Below, piece after piece: positions 38,201 through 48,480 of a stretch of 64,000 nt of DNA. Position 1 is the stretch's first letter; every line of letters begins with the position of its first letter. Below the pieces are notes generated by a model. That model searched no databases. It was not told where the DNA came from and saw nothing but the letters and a program-made list of their open reading frames with translations. Made by a program: the position numbers and the translations under genes. Source of the stretch: Lama guanicoe. Its lineage: Eukaryota. Where the stretch lies: the NCBI GenBank assembly GCA_013239625.1, contig MU053379.1:4896714-4960713 (forward strand), written 5' to 3'.

Positions 38201-41200
38201 AGGTGGGATGATAAGCCGTACGCGATCCTCAAGCAAAGGTTAAATGTGGGCAAACCAAGGACCACTGGGCACAAACTAATGATGAGAGAGCTGCGCTGCA
38301 AGAAAGGAGCCTGCCCTCCCCACCATGGGAAGAGGTGGCTCTCCGCCACCACCTCCTGCTGCCACCTGGCCCAGAGCAGCAGCACTCAGAACCTGTGCCC
38401 CCAGGTCCCGGGTTTTGTGGATGAAAAAGGCAGAGACAAATTCATGAAGGAGATGGAAGCAGCGCAGCCTGAGCGCCCCCCGACCACTCTGGGCATCACA
38501 CAGCTAACAGCTGAAAAGGCAACTACGGCTCTTCAGACACTGACAGTTAAAGAACCTACAACATCACACCCCAGGTCATCACTGCTACAGCCGCAGGAAG
38601 ATCCAAAAATGTGCCGGGAACCTCACGCGAAGCGTGTGGACACAGGGCCGACGGTCCTCACACACGTCATCACCCACCCAGCGGACAAGGAGCCCTGCAG
38701 CCTCTTGCTACGAAGCGCGCTGTACAGGATCACTGTGTACTTGCATTAAGTGTATCCACATTTACCACACACTTGAAATAAGATTAACTTACAGCAAATT
38801 AAAATCATGAGCTCCTATGGTGGAGAATCTTTCTTTATCAAAAAAAATCAGGACTCACACATAAAAAACCAACTTAACTTAGGGCAGTGTTTCATTTGAC
38901 TTTTGACAGGATGGTATCAATGCAGATTGTAGAAACGAGGGGGCCTGGGGCCAGCCCCAACTTACCCAAGCACAACCATGCCACTTCAAAGGAGCTCCTG
39001 CACCCCAAAGCCCACTGAGGATCGGGGCTTGGGGCAGGGTAGTCTCAAAGTCCTGCCCACTTCTGAACATGTATGATTTTTTAATTTTATTACTTTTTGT
39101 TAAAGTATAGTTGATTGGCAACATTGTGTTAGTTTCTGGTGTCCCACAGAGGGACTATTCTTGCTCATGTCTTTCTCACTGCAGGTGATTACATCTATCG
39201 CACAGTTCCCTGTGCTGCACGGGAGGCCCTTGTCATTCATCTAGGAGCTCACAGTCTTTAGGAGTAAAGCAAGCAGTCATGGAGCAGCAACGTGTCCGAA
39301 GCAGCAGCGAAGCACAGAGGAACTGCCCAGAGAAGCCCGGGACAGCTTCACGAGGAGCTCCATAATTCATCATTTCAGCTCTCTGGTAAATTACCAAAAT
39401 GCTAATGAAAAAATGAAAGCATGATCTTTTGAATCTAAGATGTGTTTCCATCAACTTCTCCTGTTCCCTCTTGTCTTCACCCCAACTGCATACAAGCAAA
39501 TGCTACTGTCCTGCTAAGCATTGTTGAGACCAGAACACACATGATTTTAATAAACAAATAAAGCAGAAAATAAATCATTCTGCTTCCACTGGGGGTAGCT
39601 GGAAACGACAGAGTGCACCCTGCATGTGGGTAGCACGACTGAAGTGCCTGAATCCCAAGTCAGTCTGAGTGGGAGGGACAGGCTGTTCCTAGGGCTGCTG
39701 GGTGGCAGGCGGCCCTGCTGACACCTGGACTTCAGCACAGTGAGACTGGGTGCGACTTCTGACCCAGATCTGTAAGACGATCTGCTCGCGTTGTTGATGC
39801 TGAGTGTGTGGTCCTTTGTCATGACAGGCACAGACTGACACAGGTTTCTAACTAAATCCGGTACCAGGAATGAGGTGCTGCTCTAACAAATCCCTAAAAA
39901 TGAAGCCGCTTTGGAATCGAGCTGTGGGCAGAGCCAAAGGCAGCCCGAGAGGCCTGTGGTGAGGGCCCCGAAGAGGGTGACATGCAGCAAGCTCCCCGCG
40001 GGTCAGCAGGTGGGACCCGGGCCTCTGTGGATGGCCAGGAAGCAGGCAGAGGCACAGTGGCCACTGCCCGGCCCACGGCCAGAGGGCCAGGTCTCACCCA
40101 AGCCCGTGGGTGCCATCAGCATCACCGCCTGCGAAGGACGGGGGATGGGAGAGGACGCCCAGACCAGGAGCCCTCAGAGTCAGGCTCTGAAATGCTCCGC
40201 AAAGCGAATGTGATTCTCTCTTCTGGATGTTTCGGGTAAGCGGAACCAACGTGCGGGACCTCGGCAAGCCACCCCCTCGTTCAGCGTCGTGTCCGGGCTC
40301 ACCGAGCTGCAGCGCGCCAGCACCTCCTTCCCTCCATGGCACAGCTCCACGCACGTGTATCCACTCATCTGCTGCCGGACGTCTGGGTGGGAGCAGGACG
40401 GGGGTGACTACTTAAGGGGAACAACGTGTTTCCTAGGGTGATGAGAAAATTCTGACACCAGAGAGAGTGGTGGTTGCCAGACACTGAACACCACAGACTG
40501 TGTGCTCTAAGGTGCTTAATCTTCTGTGACTCTCGTCTCAAAAAACGTTAACAGTGATGGAAATGCCAAAGTAGACTGTGGCGACTGTTGCAGATCTCTC
40601 TGAATATGTTAAAAACCCTAAACTGCACATCCTAAACGGTGAATGATAGTACATGAATTACATCTCAACAAAGATGTCAAAAAGTAAGTGAGCAACTCCG
40701 CAGACCGCCCATCCTGGCTGGGACATGTGTCACTCAGGACTTCCTTGAGTGCCCAGCCTCTCAGCCTGATGGACACAGGGCATGTGGCAGGAATGATCTG
40801 GTCCTATGGCTCCTTTAAAGGTGGAGTTCCAAAAAGCAGGCCACGTGGTCCTACAAAACCTCTCTGCAGGGCTCAACAGGGAAGGATGAGCGACCCTTCA
40901 AAGGGGGCTCACATAACCCACCCACCCCTGCAGCAGAGGTGCTGCCCGTGCAATCTCAACAAAAAACAGGGACACTGGCCAAAGCGCCCCCTTACCTTTC
41001 CTTTGCCCGACACGATCCACATAAAACAGATTCGTCTCATCTGTCTGGGACCCTATGTGGTTAGATCTCCATTTCTACACTTCAGTGTACACTTTAAAAT
41101 CTTACTTTAGTAATCCAATTCAGAGCTGGTGGCAGCCTGCTTGAATATCCTGTTGCCCCTTTCACGATGGGGAAAGGCTCTCTCATCTCCAAAACAAGGA

Positions 41201-44200
41201 GTCCACCCAGGACAGAAAATGAATGCTTACAGATAGAAAGGTGGCCAGAACTCAAGTGATGACCTGTGTCCACACGGCTTACCCTTGCCGGGGAGCCAGC
41301 CAGCACCCTTTGACAACCAGATACAAAGAGCTGGAGAAGAATCTGGAGGCCACCCAGCCCAGGGCTCCCAAGGGTGGCACCTCCCTGGGGGCAGCTGTAA
41401 ACAAAGCCGGAGAGTCTGGTAGGTTCAAGATCCCCAGCTGTTCTTAACGTGCAGCTGGACACCACTGGCCTGCTTCAGCCCCTCCCCAGCGAAAGAAGTC
41501 CATCAACACCCAGGCTGACTGCCAGCCAGCCCCTACTGGAAAGTTCTGCACAAGGTCAAGTTTTAGAAAAGGCAGCTCACACAAACGAGCCAAAGGCAGC
41601 CTCAGGCCACTTACTTCTTCACGCAGGCTGAGACCCTTAGTTCAAAAGGCCCACCAGAGCCAAACTCAAATCTTACATACCCAATTATTTTAAAATAGCC
41701 CAAACAAGCAAATTCTTAGCCATTTAGAGACTACCTGCTTTGTATACTCTATGAAACCTCCTCGAACAGCTGTTACCCACAGATAAAACCCCCTGCCCCC
41801 ACCGCTGCCCTCAGAGCTCACTGATCCACTCACCTTGACCCGGGGCCCCACTTGCCCCCTCCGTCTGTGAGACTTCCCAGCTCTCAATCCTGCCAGGGTC
41901 ACCAGGGAGCCCGCATGTGCAGCTGCCCCACACAGACAGACATACACTGTCCCTCCTCAGCCCTGCCATGCCTCCAACCGTCTACATAACACAAACAAGA
42001 ACTCAATGTTTAATTTTGGTTCATTTTAATCAACTTGAACTGAAGCAGCTACAATTTGCCCAAGTGGCTTCCTCATCAGACAGCACCCACCACCTTGGAG
42101 CCCCTGACACCCCTTTGCAGCCCAGGGCGGGTCCAGTCCTTTCCCTTGGGGACCCTGGCTGCCCCACTGGCTCACACAGCACATCATGAGGAACACGCAC
42201 CCTGCTGCTCATGCTGACCCGCCTGCTTCTGCCACCCCAGGATCCCGGCCCGACACCACACCGCCCCGGCTCTCTCCCTCTTTGTCCTCCCCAGGTGGAG
42301 CACCACCAGCCTGGCACGAGCCCCTCAGACGGTGGGGCTGGCAGAACATTCTGGTTGCTTCAGAGCTTGCCAGAGTCCCCCATAAAGGGTGAAGCCCACA
42401 ACTCAAGGCAAAGCTCTAGTCAAACCATAAACTGTCAGTCCACAGAACAGGTTAGCCATCGACAGTGAGAAATGAGGGGACATTATACAAAAACCTGGGC
42501 TCCCAGCTTCTCGTGAAAAAGTGGGAGATCTGGCTCCACGTGACCCACGCTGCAGGGTAGGGGCTCCCTTTCTCCCCATCCCCCAACACATCAGGAGGAC
42601 TACGAACCAAACACTGTGACTGATGTGTACACAATGCTGAGCCTGGAGCACAGGAACACACGGAAAACCTCAGGCAGCGGATGGCACTCTGCGGGCACCT
42701 GAGTCAGAAAGCCGGGTGCACAGCTCCTTGGGTTGGGGGCTCCCCACGCATGCTCTGGGCTTATTTTAGCCCAAGGTTCATTAACTTTTTGGCAAGTCCA
42801 CCTCACTGCTGGCTCCACAAACTCAGATCCAACTATAAAGCAGCCTCTCCTCTGCCACCTTCACCCACCACCGCCGGTGCACACCTGCACTGCATCCACT
42901 CAAAAAGAGGACCCGCCATTCATCCGTACCTTTTTCTCTGACAAAGCTCTGCACCTGCCCATCCTGCTCTTTCCTCCCCAGCCTGTGTTGACACATCCCA
43001 GAAAGTCAGCAACTTCCTTCCCAGGTGCTGTCTGGGAAATCAACTTGTTTGCCCCAACCTCTACACCCGCACCCTCGTATTTCCTAACAGCCTCTAAGGC
43101 AAGACAGTGATCACAGTGACGCAACAGGATTGGACAACAACTGTCAGCTCAGCTCCGCCTTACAAAACCCTGTGACTGCACCAGCCACACATGAAGGGCT
43201 TTCTCTAACCGATTCTGCTCACAGGACATCAGGGCCTCGACTTATGGACCAAAGTCCTGACCAACAGACTCCGTGAGATCAAAATAGGCCTGCGATTTTT
43301 ATGGGAAACCCTTTAGGCCCAAATCCATGGGAGACCAGAACCCCAGGTACCAAGGGGATCCCTGGAACCTGAGAGTCACACACAATGGCTCAGGCTTCCC
43401 AAGGGACTGCACCCTGCATTGGTTCACCTGTCATACTCCTTTAAACTGGGCTCCTAGACTCTGTGTTAGCATTGAAAACAAATTTAAAACAAGGGCAAAG
43501 AGCAATGGGAAAACACGCCCGGGGAAGAGCTGAGAAGAGAACTCGGGATTCCCGGCTCCTGACAACTTCATGCATTATGACAGCCCCAGCTGTTTCTGCA
43601 CACTGCCTCCCTGACGCCTCAACCTTAAAAAGGAAAATGGACCTAACGGAGATTTTGGATTAGTCTAAAACACTTAAGTTTATTCAAAGAGCACCTGCTA
43701 AATTTTCAACTCTTCACTCCTCAACACACAGACACTAAACATAGCTGTCTCTCTTCCCAGACACAACTATGTTGCAAAAATGGAAGGAATGCTTTCCACT
43801 GGCCCCTGACTCATGACTGAAAAACCTCCTTTGTGACTTGCCTTTCTAGAGCCCAGACGCCCCTCTCTGCTATAACTCTCCTTCAAAGGGGTTCCTCTTA
43901 CTAGCATCAGTGAATCAATTCAGTTCTTCTTGCCAAAGACTGTCCCTCGTTCAGGATGTACCGCACGCACAGGCATCCAATGAACATTCCCAATATTTTT
44001 ATCAACATGTAAGTCAATCAAGGGGGAGGGTACAGCTCCAGTGGTAGAGCACACGCTTAGCAGGCAGGAGGCCCTGAGTTCAATCCCCAGTACTTCCTCT
44101 AAAAATAAATAAAACTAATTACTTCCCCCACCGCCCAAATAATTAAACAAATAAGCCAATCAGTTCCACACTTTGAGCTTGGACTCTGTGGGGCCTCTCG

Positions 44201-44819
44201 CTTCTAATAATTCAAAGTTATGACACTCTCGGCACAAAGGTAAAAAAAGAACCTTGAGAATTTTAAAGGCTTATACTTCATTCTTTACCCAAAGAGCAAA
44301 GCATACTTAAATTCCGGAAGCTTGGGAGAAGCAGCGAAAGCCAAAGCCCCGAGATTTCTTTCACAGGCACCAGTGACTACAGCGTCCTCTGCATCTCCGT
44401 CCCTAGCAGGAAAATGCTCGAGGCTGGCTTCTCACAGAAACTGCTCAACTCCGTCCCTTCCGTGCCCCGCTCTTCCTGAAAACCGCGCCGAGAAGACCGG
44501 CTGCGGAGGCCGCTCTCCGCGGGCGACCGCGCAGGCAAGTGCGGGCGGGCCCGGGAGACGCAGGCGGCGGCCGGGGGTCAGGGCGGGGACGCTACGACCG
44601 CGCTGGAGGGGCGGCAGGCGCCCCGCGCGCCGGGAGCCGAGCGCTCCCTCCCGGTGAAGCGAGGCTGCGGGACACTGAACTGACCCCGGTTCGTCTCTGC
44701 CAGCGCCCCGCTGCGGGCCCGGCCTACCTGCCGCCCTTGGCCTCCGGGGTCCGGCCGTCATCCGTGACGACCTGCGGCCGGAGAGGCCGGCGCTGCCGTA
44801 ACCCGTCGGCCTCGCTCAT
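25959..44819 (-). CDS. APMAP: Adipocyte plasma membrane-associated protein (strictosidine-synthase/paraoxonase-like beta-propeller, type II membrane protein), 9 exons; in-frame TGA at codon 223, so possibly a null allele or pseudogene
   Basis: complement(join(44728..44819,37893..38009,35567..35682,31916..32008,30730..30846,29609..29783,28918..29052,28331..28523,25959..26210)). Translation begins MSEADGLRQRRPLRPQVVTDD, has a TM segment FLMLAVSLLAPLLVAVMLL, and contains CGRPLG, FVNDL, LRFPNGVQLS and PGFPDNIR. All junctions are GT-AG with matching phases. Confidence 0.96.
27575..27650 (-). mobile_element. MIR SINE fragment
   Basis: CCCACTTGACGGAAGAATAAATTGAGGCCGAGAAACCACGTCACCTGCCCAGGGTC. Confidence 0.5.
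28331..28523 (-). CDS. APMAP: APMAP exon 8
   Basis: Encodes FYVSGLMKGGADLFVENLPGFPDNIRASSSGGYWVAMAAVRSNPGFSMLDFLSERPYLKRLIFK; donor AAG|gtaatt. Confidence 0.95.
28918..29052 (-). CDS. APMAP: APMAP exon 7
   Basis: Encodes LLEYDTKTREVTVLLDRLRFPNGVQLSPEEDFVLVAETTMARIR; AG/GT flanks. Confidence 0.94.
29609..29783 (-). CDS. APMAP: APMAP exon 6 (contains premature TGA at 29650-29652)
   Basis: Encodes EVKQLLSSETPIEGRRLSFVNDLTVTRDGRKIYFTDSSSRWQR*DYLLLLMEGTDDG; poly-C acceptor tract; donor ACG|gtgagt. Confidence 0.93.
30730..30846 (-). CDS. APMAP: APMAP exon 5
   Basis: Encodes KTRGDEPACGRPLGVRAGPNGTLFVADAYKGLFEVDPRK; AG/GT flanks. Confidence 0.94.
31916..32008 (-). CDS. APMAP: APMAP exon 4
   Basis: Encodes DVMFTGTADGRVVKLDRGDVETIARFGSGPC; AG/GT flanks. 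Confidence 0.94.
32540..34416 (+). mobile_element. Degenerate LINE-1 fragment (ORF2 endonuclease region to start of RT), antisense in APMAP intron 3
   Basis: AAATGTCAATGGTATAAATACCCCAATTAAAAGACAG (NVNG-N-PIKR endonuclease start); A-rich L1 body with TTCTTTGAAAAGATTGATAAAAT and GATGAAATGGACCAATTCCT; ends at GATGCAAAAATCCTCAACAAA (DAKILNK). Multiple stops and frameshifts. Confidence 0.88.
32698..32908. mobile_element. Tigger2-type (TcMar) non-autonomous DNA transposon nested in the L1
   Basis: Terminal inverted repeats CAGCTGACCCCTGAACAAC ... GCTATTCAGGGATCAGCTG; L1 sequence continues on both sides. Confidence 0.78.
35567..35682 (-). CDS. APMAP: APMAP exon 3
   Basis: Encodes FKEPPLLLGVLQANTRLRQAERLFENQLVGPESIANIG; acceptor ttttccag, donor gtaagt. 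Confidence 0.94.
35954..36121. repeat. Minisatellite, 5 x ~34 bp, APMAP intron 2
   Basis: Unit GTTCACACCCCGGTACCTCCTCTCCCACTGGCCC, head-to-tail with no spacers. Confidence 0.92.
37893..38009 (-). CDS. APMAP: APMAP exon 2 (transmembrane anchor)
   Basis: Encodes SFSGRVFRATFLMLAVSLLAPLLVAVMLLDSPIDPQPL; AG/GT flanks; 117 nt. Confidence 0.93.
39077..39242 (-). mobile_element. LINE-1 3' end fragment
   Basis: T-rich tail then AAAGTATAGTTGATTGGCAACATTGTGTTAGTTTCTGGTGT...AGTTCCCTGTGCTGCAC, typical of antisense laurasiatherian L1 3' UTRs. Confidence 0.65.
39660..40250 (+). mobile_element. MaLR (MLT1) LTR 3' part followed by MLT1 internal sequence
   Basis: CCTGCTGACACCTGGACTTCAGC...GTGTGGTCCTTTGTCATGACAGGCACAGACTGACA, then GGTACCAGGAATGAGGTGCTGCTCTAACAAATCCCTAAAAATG typical of the MaLR-int start; right boundary approximate. 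Confidence 0.65.
40380..40685 (+). mobile_element. Old L1M 3' end fragments (two adjacent)
   Basis: GGGTGATGAGAAAATTCTG...GTGGTGGTTGC and GTGATGGAAATG...AACTGCACATCCTAAACGGTGAATGATAGTACATGAATTACATCTCAACAAAG. Confidence 0.6.
44022..44151 (+). mobile_element. tRNA-derived SINE (camelid Vic-1-like) with target-site duplication
   Basis: GGGGGAGGGTACAGCTCCAGTGGTAGAGCACACGCTTAGC...GAGTTCAATCCCCAGTAC plus A-rich tail; TSD TAAGTCAATCA (44010-44020) / TAAGCCAATCA (44152-44162). Confidence 0.85.
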
Positions 44820-45560
44820 GGTGCCGGTGCGCCCGCCGCCCGGGCTGCGCGTCGACTGCCTCCGGCCCGGCGCCAGGAAGTGACGCACAAGACCCCGCCT
44901 CCCTCCTCGGCCGCGGGCGGACGAGCGGCGAGCCCCGCCCCTTCCGGACGCTGGGTGGGCGTGGCTGCCGGTGTTTCCCGACGAGTCCGAGCTCGCGCGG
45001 TCCCCGCCCAGCGTCCCGCGGCCGGTTCCGAGCCGACGCGGGCAGAAGAGGGCGGCCGCTGGTGCTGCGCCTTTCGTGACTGTCACTGCGGCGTTCGGCG
45101 AGGTTATCCGGTGATGCCGGGCGCCGAGAGCGGGACCGGAGCCCTCCCGGAGGGGGCGCTCTGCCCGGCCGCCGAGACCCCTGCGGGACTTGCGCGCGCA
45201 GACGGGGACTCGCGGCCGCCTCGGGCGTCTGGCCGGGGACGGAGCCGGACGTGCACGGGGCTTGGGGCAGAAGCGGGGAGGCGGCCTTCCAGGCAGAGGG
45301 ACGCAGGGTCTGTTACGTGCAGCGTCCCCAGGAGAGGCTGCTGGGGGCGGAGCGCTGAGAATCGATTTCCGCACTGCTCGTGAAGGCCGTGGCCTTGCTG
45401 GTGCTGGAGGGCGCCCGTGTACATCCAGGTCTGCAGGGCCCCGGTTCACGTCCCGGCCTGGCACCGGGGGAATGCAGCCAGCACAGCTCCGTCAGGGCCG
45501 GCCTCAGGGCAGTGCACGCTCTGCGCGCCCGCCTGTCTGGGTCGTCGCTCCGGCCTGGAG
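44480..45560. promoter_or_regulatory. CpG island / APMAP promoter
   Basis: Very dense CpG around exon 1; GC boxes (CCCCGCCTCC, CCCCGCCCC at 44893-44941); overlapping ETS-CRE CAGGAAGTGACGCA at 44874-44887. Confidence 0.85.
44728..44819 (-). CDS. APMAP: APMAP exon 1
   Basis: accATGagc start; encodes MSEADGLRQRRPLRPQVVTDDGRTPEAKGG; donor CAG|gtaggc; lies in the CpG island. Confidence 0.95.
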
Positions 45561-46744
45561 CCCTGTATTTCTAATTCTAGGCCTCCCTGCCTTTGTCCCT
45601 ACGATTCCTTCTTTCTGTGAAATGCTTCCCTTCACCTCCACTTGGCCAAACCAGTTTTTTATCGGTCGGGACCCACTTCATTTGCTGAAAATCCTTCCCC
45701 GAATTTATAAAGCAGGACATCTTCTTGCCTTAAGGCACTTTCATTGTGTCCCAGTTAGAGGACAGCCTGTTATTTGTATTCCATGTCACCCGAAAACAGC
45801 CAGGAAAATAATAAAAAGTTAATTGAACTTGCTGCGGCAAAGGGATGTGCCAGAGGACCCGTGACTCTCCCCCAAACGGGAGTTACAGAAGGGTCCTCGG
45901 AGGCCTGCTGCTGGAGTTAGCTGTAGGTGGTCTTGGTGGGGATGGGTCAGACCTTGTAACCAGGAGAGTCACTGGAGGAGTCAGGGAGGGGACAGCCAGG
46001 GACCAAGTTAGGTCCCGGGTTAGGCCAGCTGAACCCTCTCCCCACATCTGGAGATGGGGGCTGAGGCCCAGTTCCAGGGGTGCTGCTTTCCCTGGCATTT
46101 GCTCATAAGTTACCCTTGCCAGGAGGACCGTCCTAGTGGTTGGACTCCGTGATCAGATAGCACGGCTGGGCCAGAGCCTGTGATGCTGGGAATGGCCTTG
46201 ACAGGCCCCCAGCAGCTGGGGGTGGGGCGCTGACAAAGTAGGGAGCGTCACCAGGAGGGGGCCCAGGCATCCTCCTTGGAAAAGTCAGTCTGTAACCCTC
46301 TCATGCTGTCCTGCCCAGACCAGATCGTTCGGAAGAGGGCTGTTGGGCCCTGACTTGCCAGGGCGTGCAGAGGGGGAAGACCAGTTCTTTCTGCAGTGAG
46401 CCCCCTTTCCCTACATGCAGAATCCTCCCCCAGCCTCCCTCCCCGCTCCCCAGGGGACTCAGGACAGACTCAGGCTCCTTCTCTGGAGACTTCTCGTCCC
46501 ACCTCTCAGGGCACCAACTCGGTGTGTTCTGCTCTGAAGCCTGCATCTCATCCAGGGAAGGATACAGACACTGTGTCCACCCCATCTGGAGTAAGGATGG
46601 CCTGGCAGGGGCAGGTCACAGGAGGCTGAGCTGCTCCCTGTGGCGTGGACCGGGCGGCTGCATGTGGTTTTGCTTCCTGGTCCTCTGAGTTCTAGCCCAG
46701 CACCTACCACCAGGGCCCCCGTCACACGGGATCTCCTGGGAGCT

Positions 46745-46875
46745 CTGGCCACGTGGCACCTGAGCACTTCACTGTGGCTGCAGCCACCAAGGAACTAACA
46801 TTTTGTTTACTTGTTCTGGCTTTTTACTGACATGTAACTAGCCACGTGTGACTAGTGGTTGGCCAGCACAGGGAC
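46745..46875. mobile_element. Degenerate hAT-Charlie (MER3/MER33-like) fragment
   Basis: GCCACGTGGCACCTGAGCACTTCACTGTGGCT ... TAGCCACGTGTGACTAGTGG quasi-palindrome. Confidence 0.4.
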
Positions 46876-48300
46876 CTAGAGACAGTGAGGTCCACCACAT
46901 AATGGCTGCTTGCTGTGTGTTTCCCCCGTGAGGTGAGTGTTTTTACGTGTTCTCTTTTGAGAATCTTAAGAATTATATTCAACAACAAAGAATAGCATTA
47001 TTTGATTTTTTAAACCCCCCAAAAAAAAACAATAAACAAAATAAAGCTTTAGTTGAACTGCATTGCAGGTCATTTTGAGGCCCTGGCCACTGTTCCAGGT
47101 TAGGGCTAAGTCACTTCTAACCGCAATCTGCCAAGTCCAGCAAAACTCGGCAGGTACAGGTGTGTGGTTCTCTGTTGTCAGCACTGCCAATCTGTGCACC
47201 ACAGCCAAGGCCGCCTGGCCTGGTCTGGTCACCTGAGAAGCCAGCACAGCTACGTATGGCAGGGGCTCAGCACAGGGCCTCGCCCGCTATGGGCACAGAT
47301 TCGGGCAGCCCTCCCTGTCCTGCAGGACCCAGCTCCGCAGGCCACCTGCCCCGCACTCCAAGCATCAGCCCGCCTGTGCCTGGCTAATCAGGCATTTTGC
47401 AACCTAACGGTCAGCATCGACCTGCTCAGTTGCAGGGACCTAAGGCACCTTTGACAGGGAGAGACCTGACTCAGAACAGGAAGGAAGGGCGGTTTGTGGG
47501 GACCCAGTTCCGGCCTGACCAGTGAGTCTGGCTTCCCTGAACAGCCCTGCAGGTGGAGAGTGGGCAAGGTTGGGGGTGAGGGGGCCGTCCAGACCACAGC
47601 TCCCAGAAACCACTCGTGACCAGACCCGCTTCCGACCTGCACAGCACGCCCTTCCCCACAGCTGCTCTCAGGAGTTAGGCGTCATTGCACTTAAACCCAG
47701 GAAGTAGAAACACACCAGAAATGAACGCTGCAGGCTTGAAAGGTCTCAAGACAGCTGTGTTCAGAGGTACAAACATTTGCAATTCATATTTCAAATATGC
47801 CAAACAGTACCTAAAAGTGCACGTTTCCCCACGAGCAGAGGCGAAAAAGTAGCTTTTCGTAACTGTTAGAGTGTACAAGTGAACCACACACTGCACGTGT
47901 GTCTGCACCATTCCTCTAAAATGTAAAAGAATAATAAGATTTCTCCCTTTCGTTCCTAGAAACACCTGGGGGGAAATGACTGCTTCTCATTCCCAGTCAT
48001 CTGAGCAGGCACTTGCACCAGGTGCCCCGCCTTCCCACGCTGACTGGAGAGGACATGGGGACGAGGTGACAGCGGCTTCCCCCCAGGAAACCCAGGTCGG
48101 GGCAAGTGGAAAGAAGCTCCCCACTGCTGAGGGGGCCTCGCCAAGGACTCTCCAGGGGAGGGAAGGCGGGGACGTTGGGACTTCACATTAAGGGCGGTGT
48201 GGGCTCTGTGCCGGGGGGACACACATGGGGATGGCCAGGAATCTCCCAGCTTGGAGCTGTGTCTGGAGCACAGGTTGGCACCGGGTCTCGGCAAAGCCCA

Positions 48301-48480
48301 TCACGGGCCGGCCGCCTGCTTGTCTTTGTACTTGTGGTAGGCACTCAGGATCTCTGTGACGACGCTGGGGTCCTCCAGCGTGGTGGTGTCCCCCAGGTCC
48401 TGGGCCTTGTCCGTGATGATCTTCCTCAGGAGCCTCCGCATGACTTTCCCAGACCGCGTCTTTGGAAGACGTTTCACTAC
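48301..48480 (-). CDS. ACSS1: ACSS1 exon 14 (coding part, stop TGA)
   Basis: Encodes [59 protein letters not shown]. Confidence 0.96.
   Translation of the reverse strand, partial: VVKRLPKTRSGKVMRRLLRKIITDKAQDLGDTTTLEDPSVVTEILSAYHKYKDKQAAGP

Noticed and set aside
37775-38749. 324-aa + strand ORF antisense to APMAP exon 2
   Set aside because: No recognisable domain; partly the antisense shadow of a real exon in GC-rich DNA.
44022-44095. tRNA genes here and at 8410-8483 and 22391-22450
   Set aside because: They have A-rich tails, target-site duplications and degenerate cloverleaf stems, so they are SINEs.
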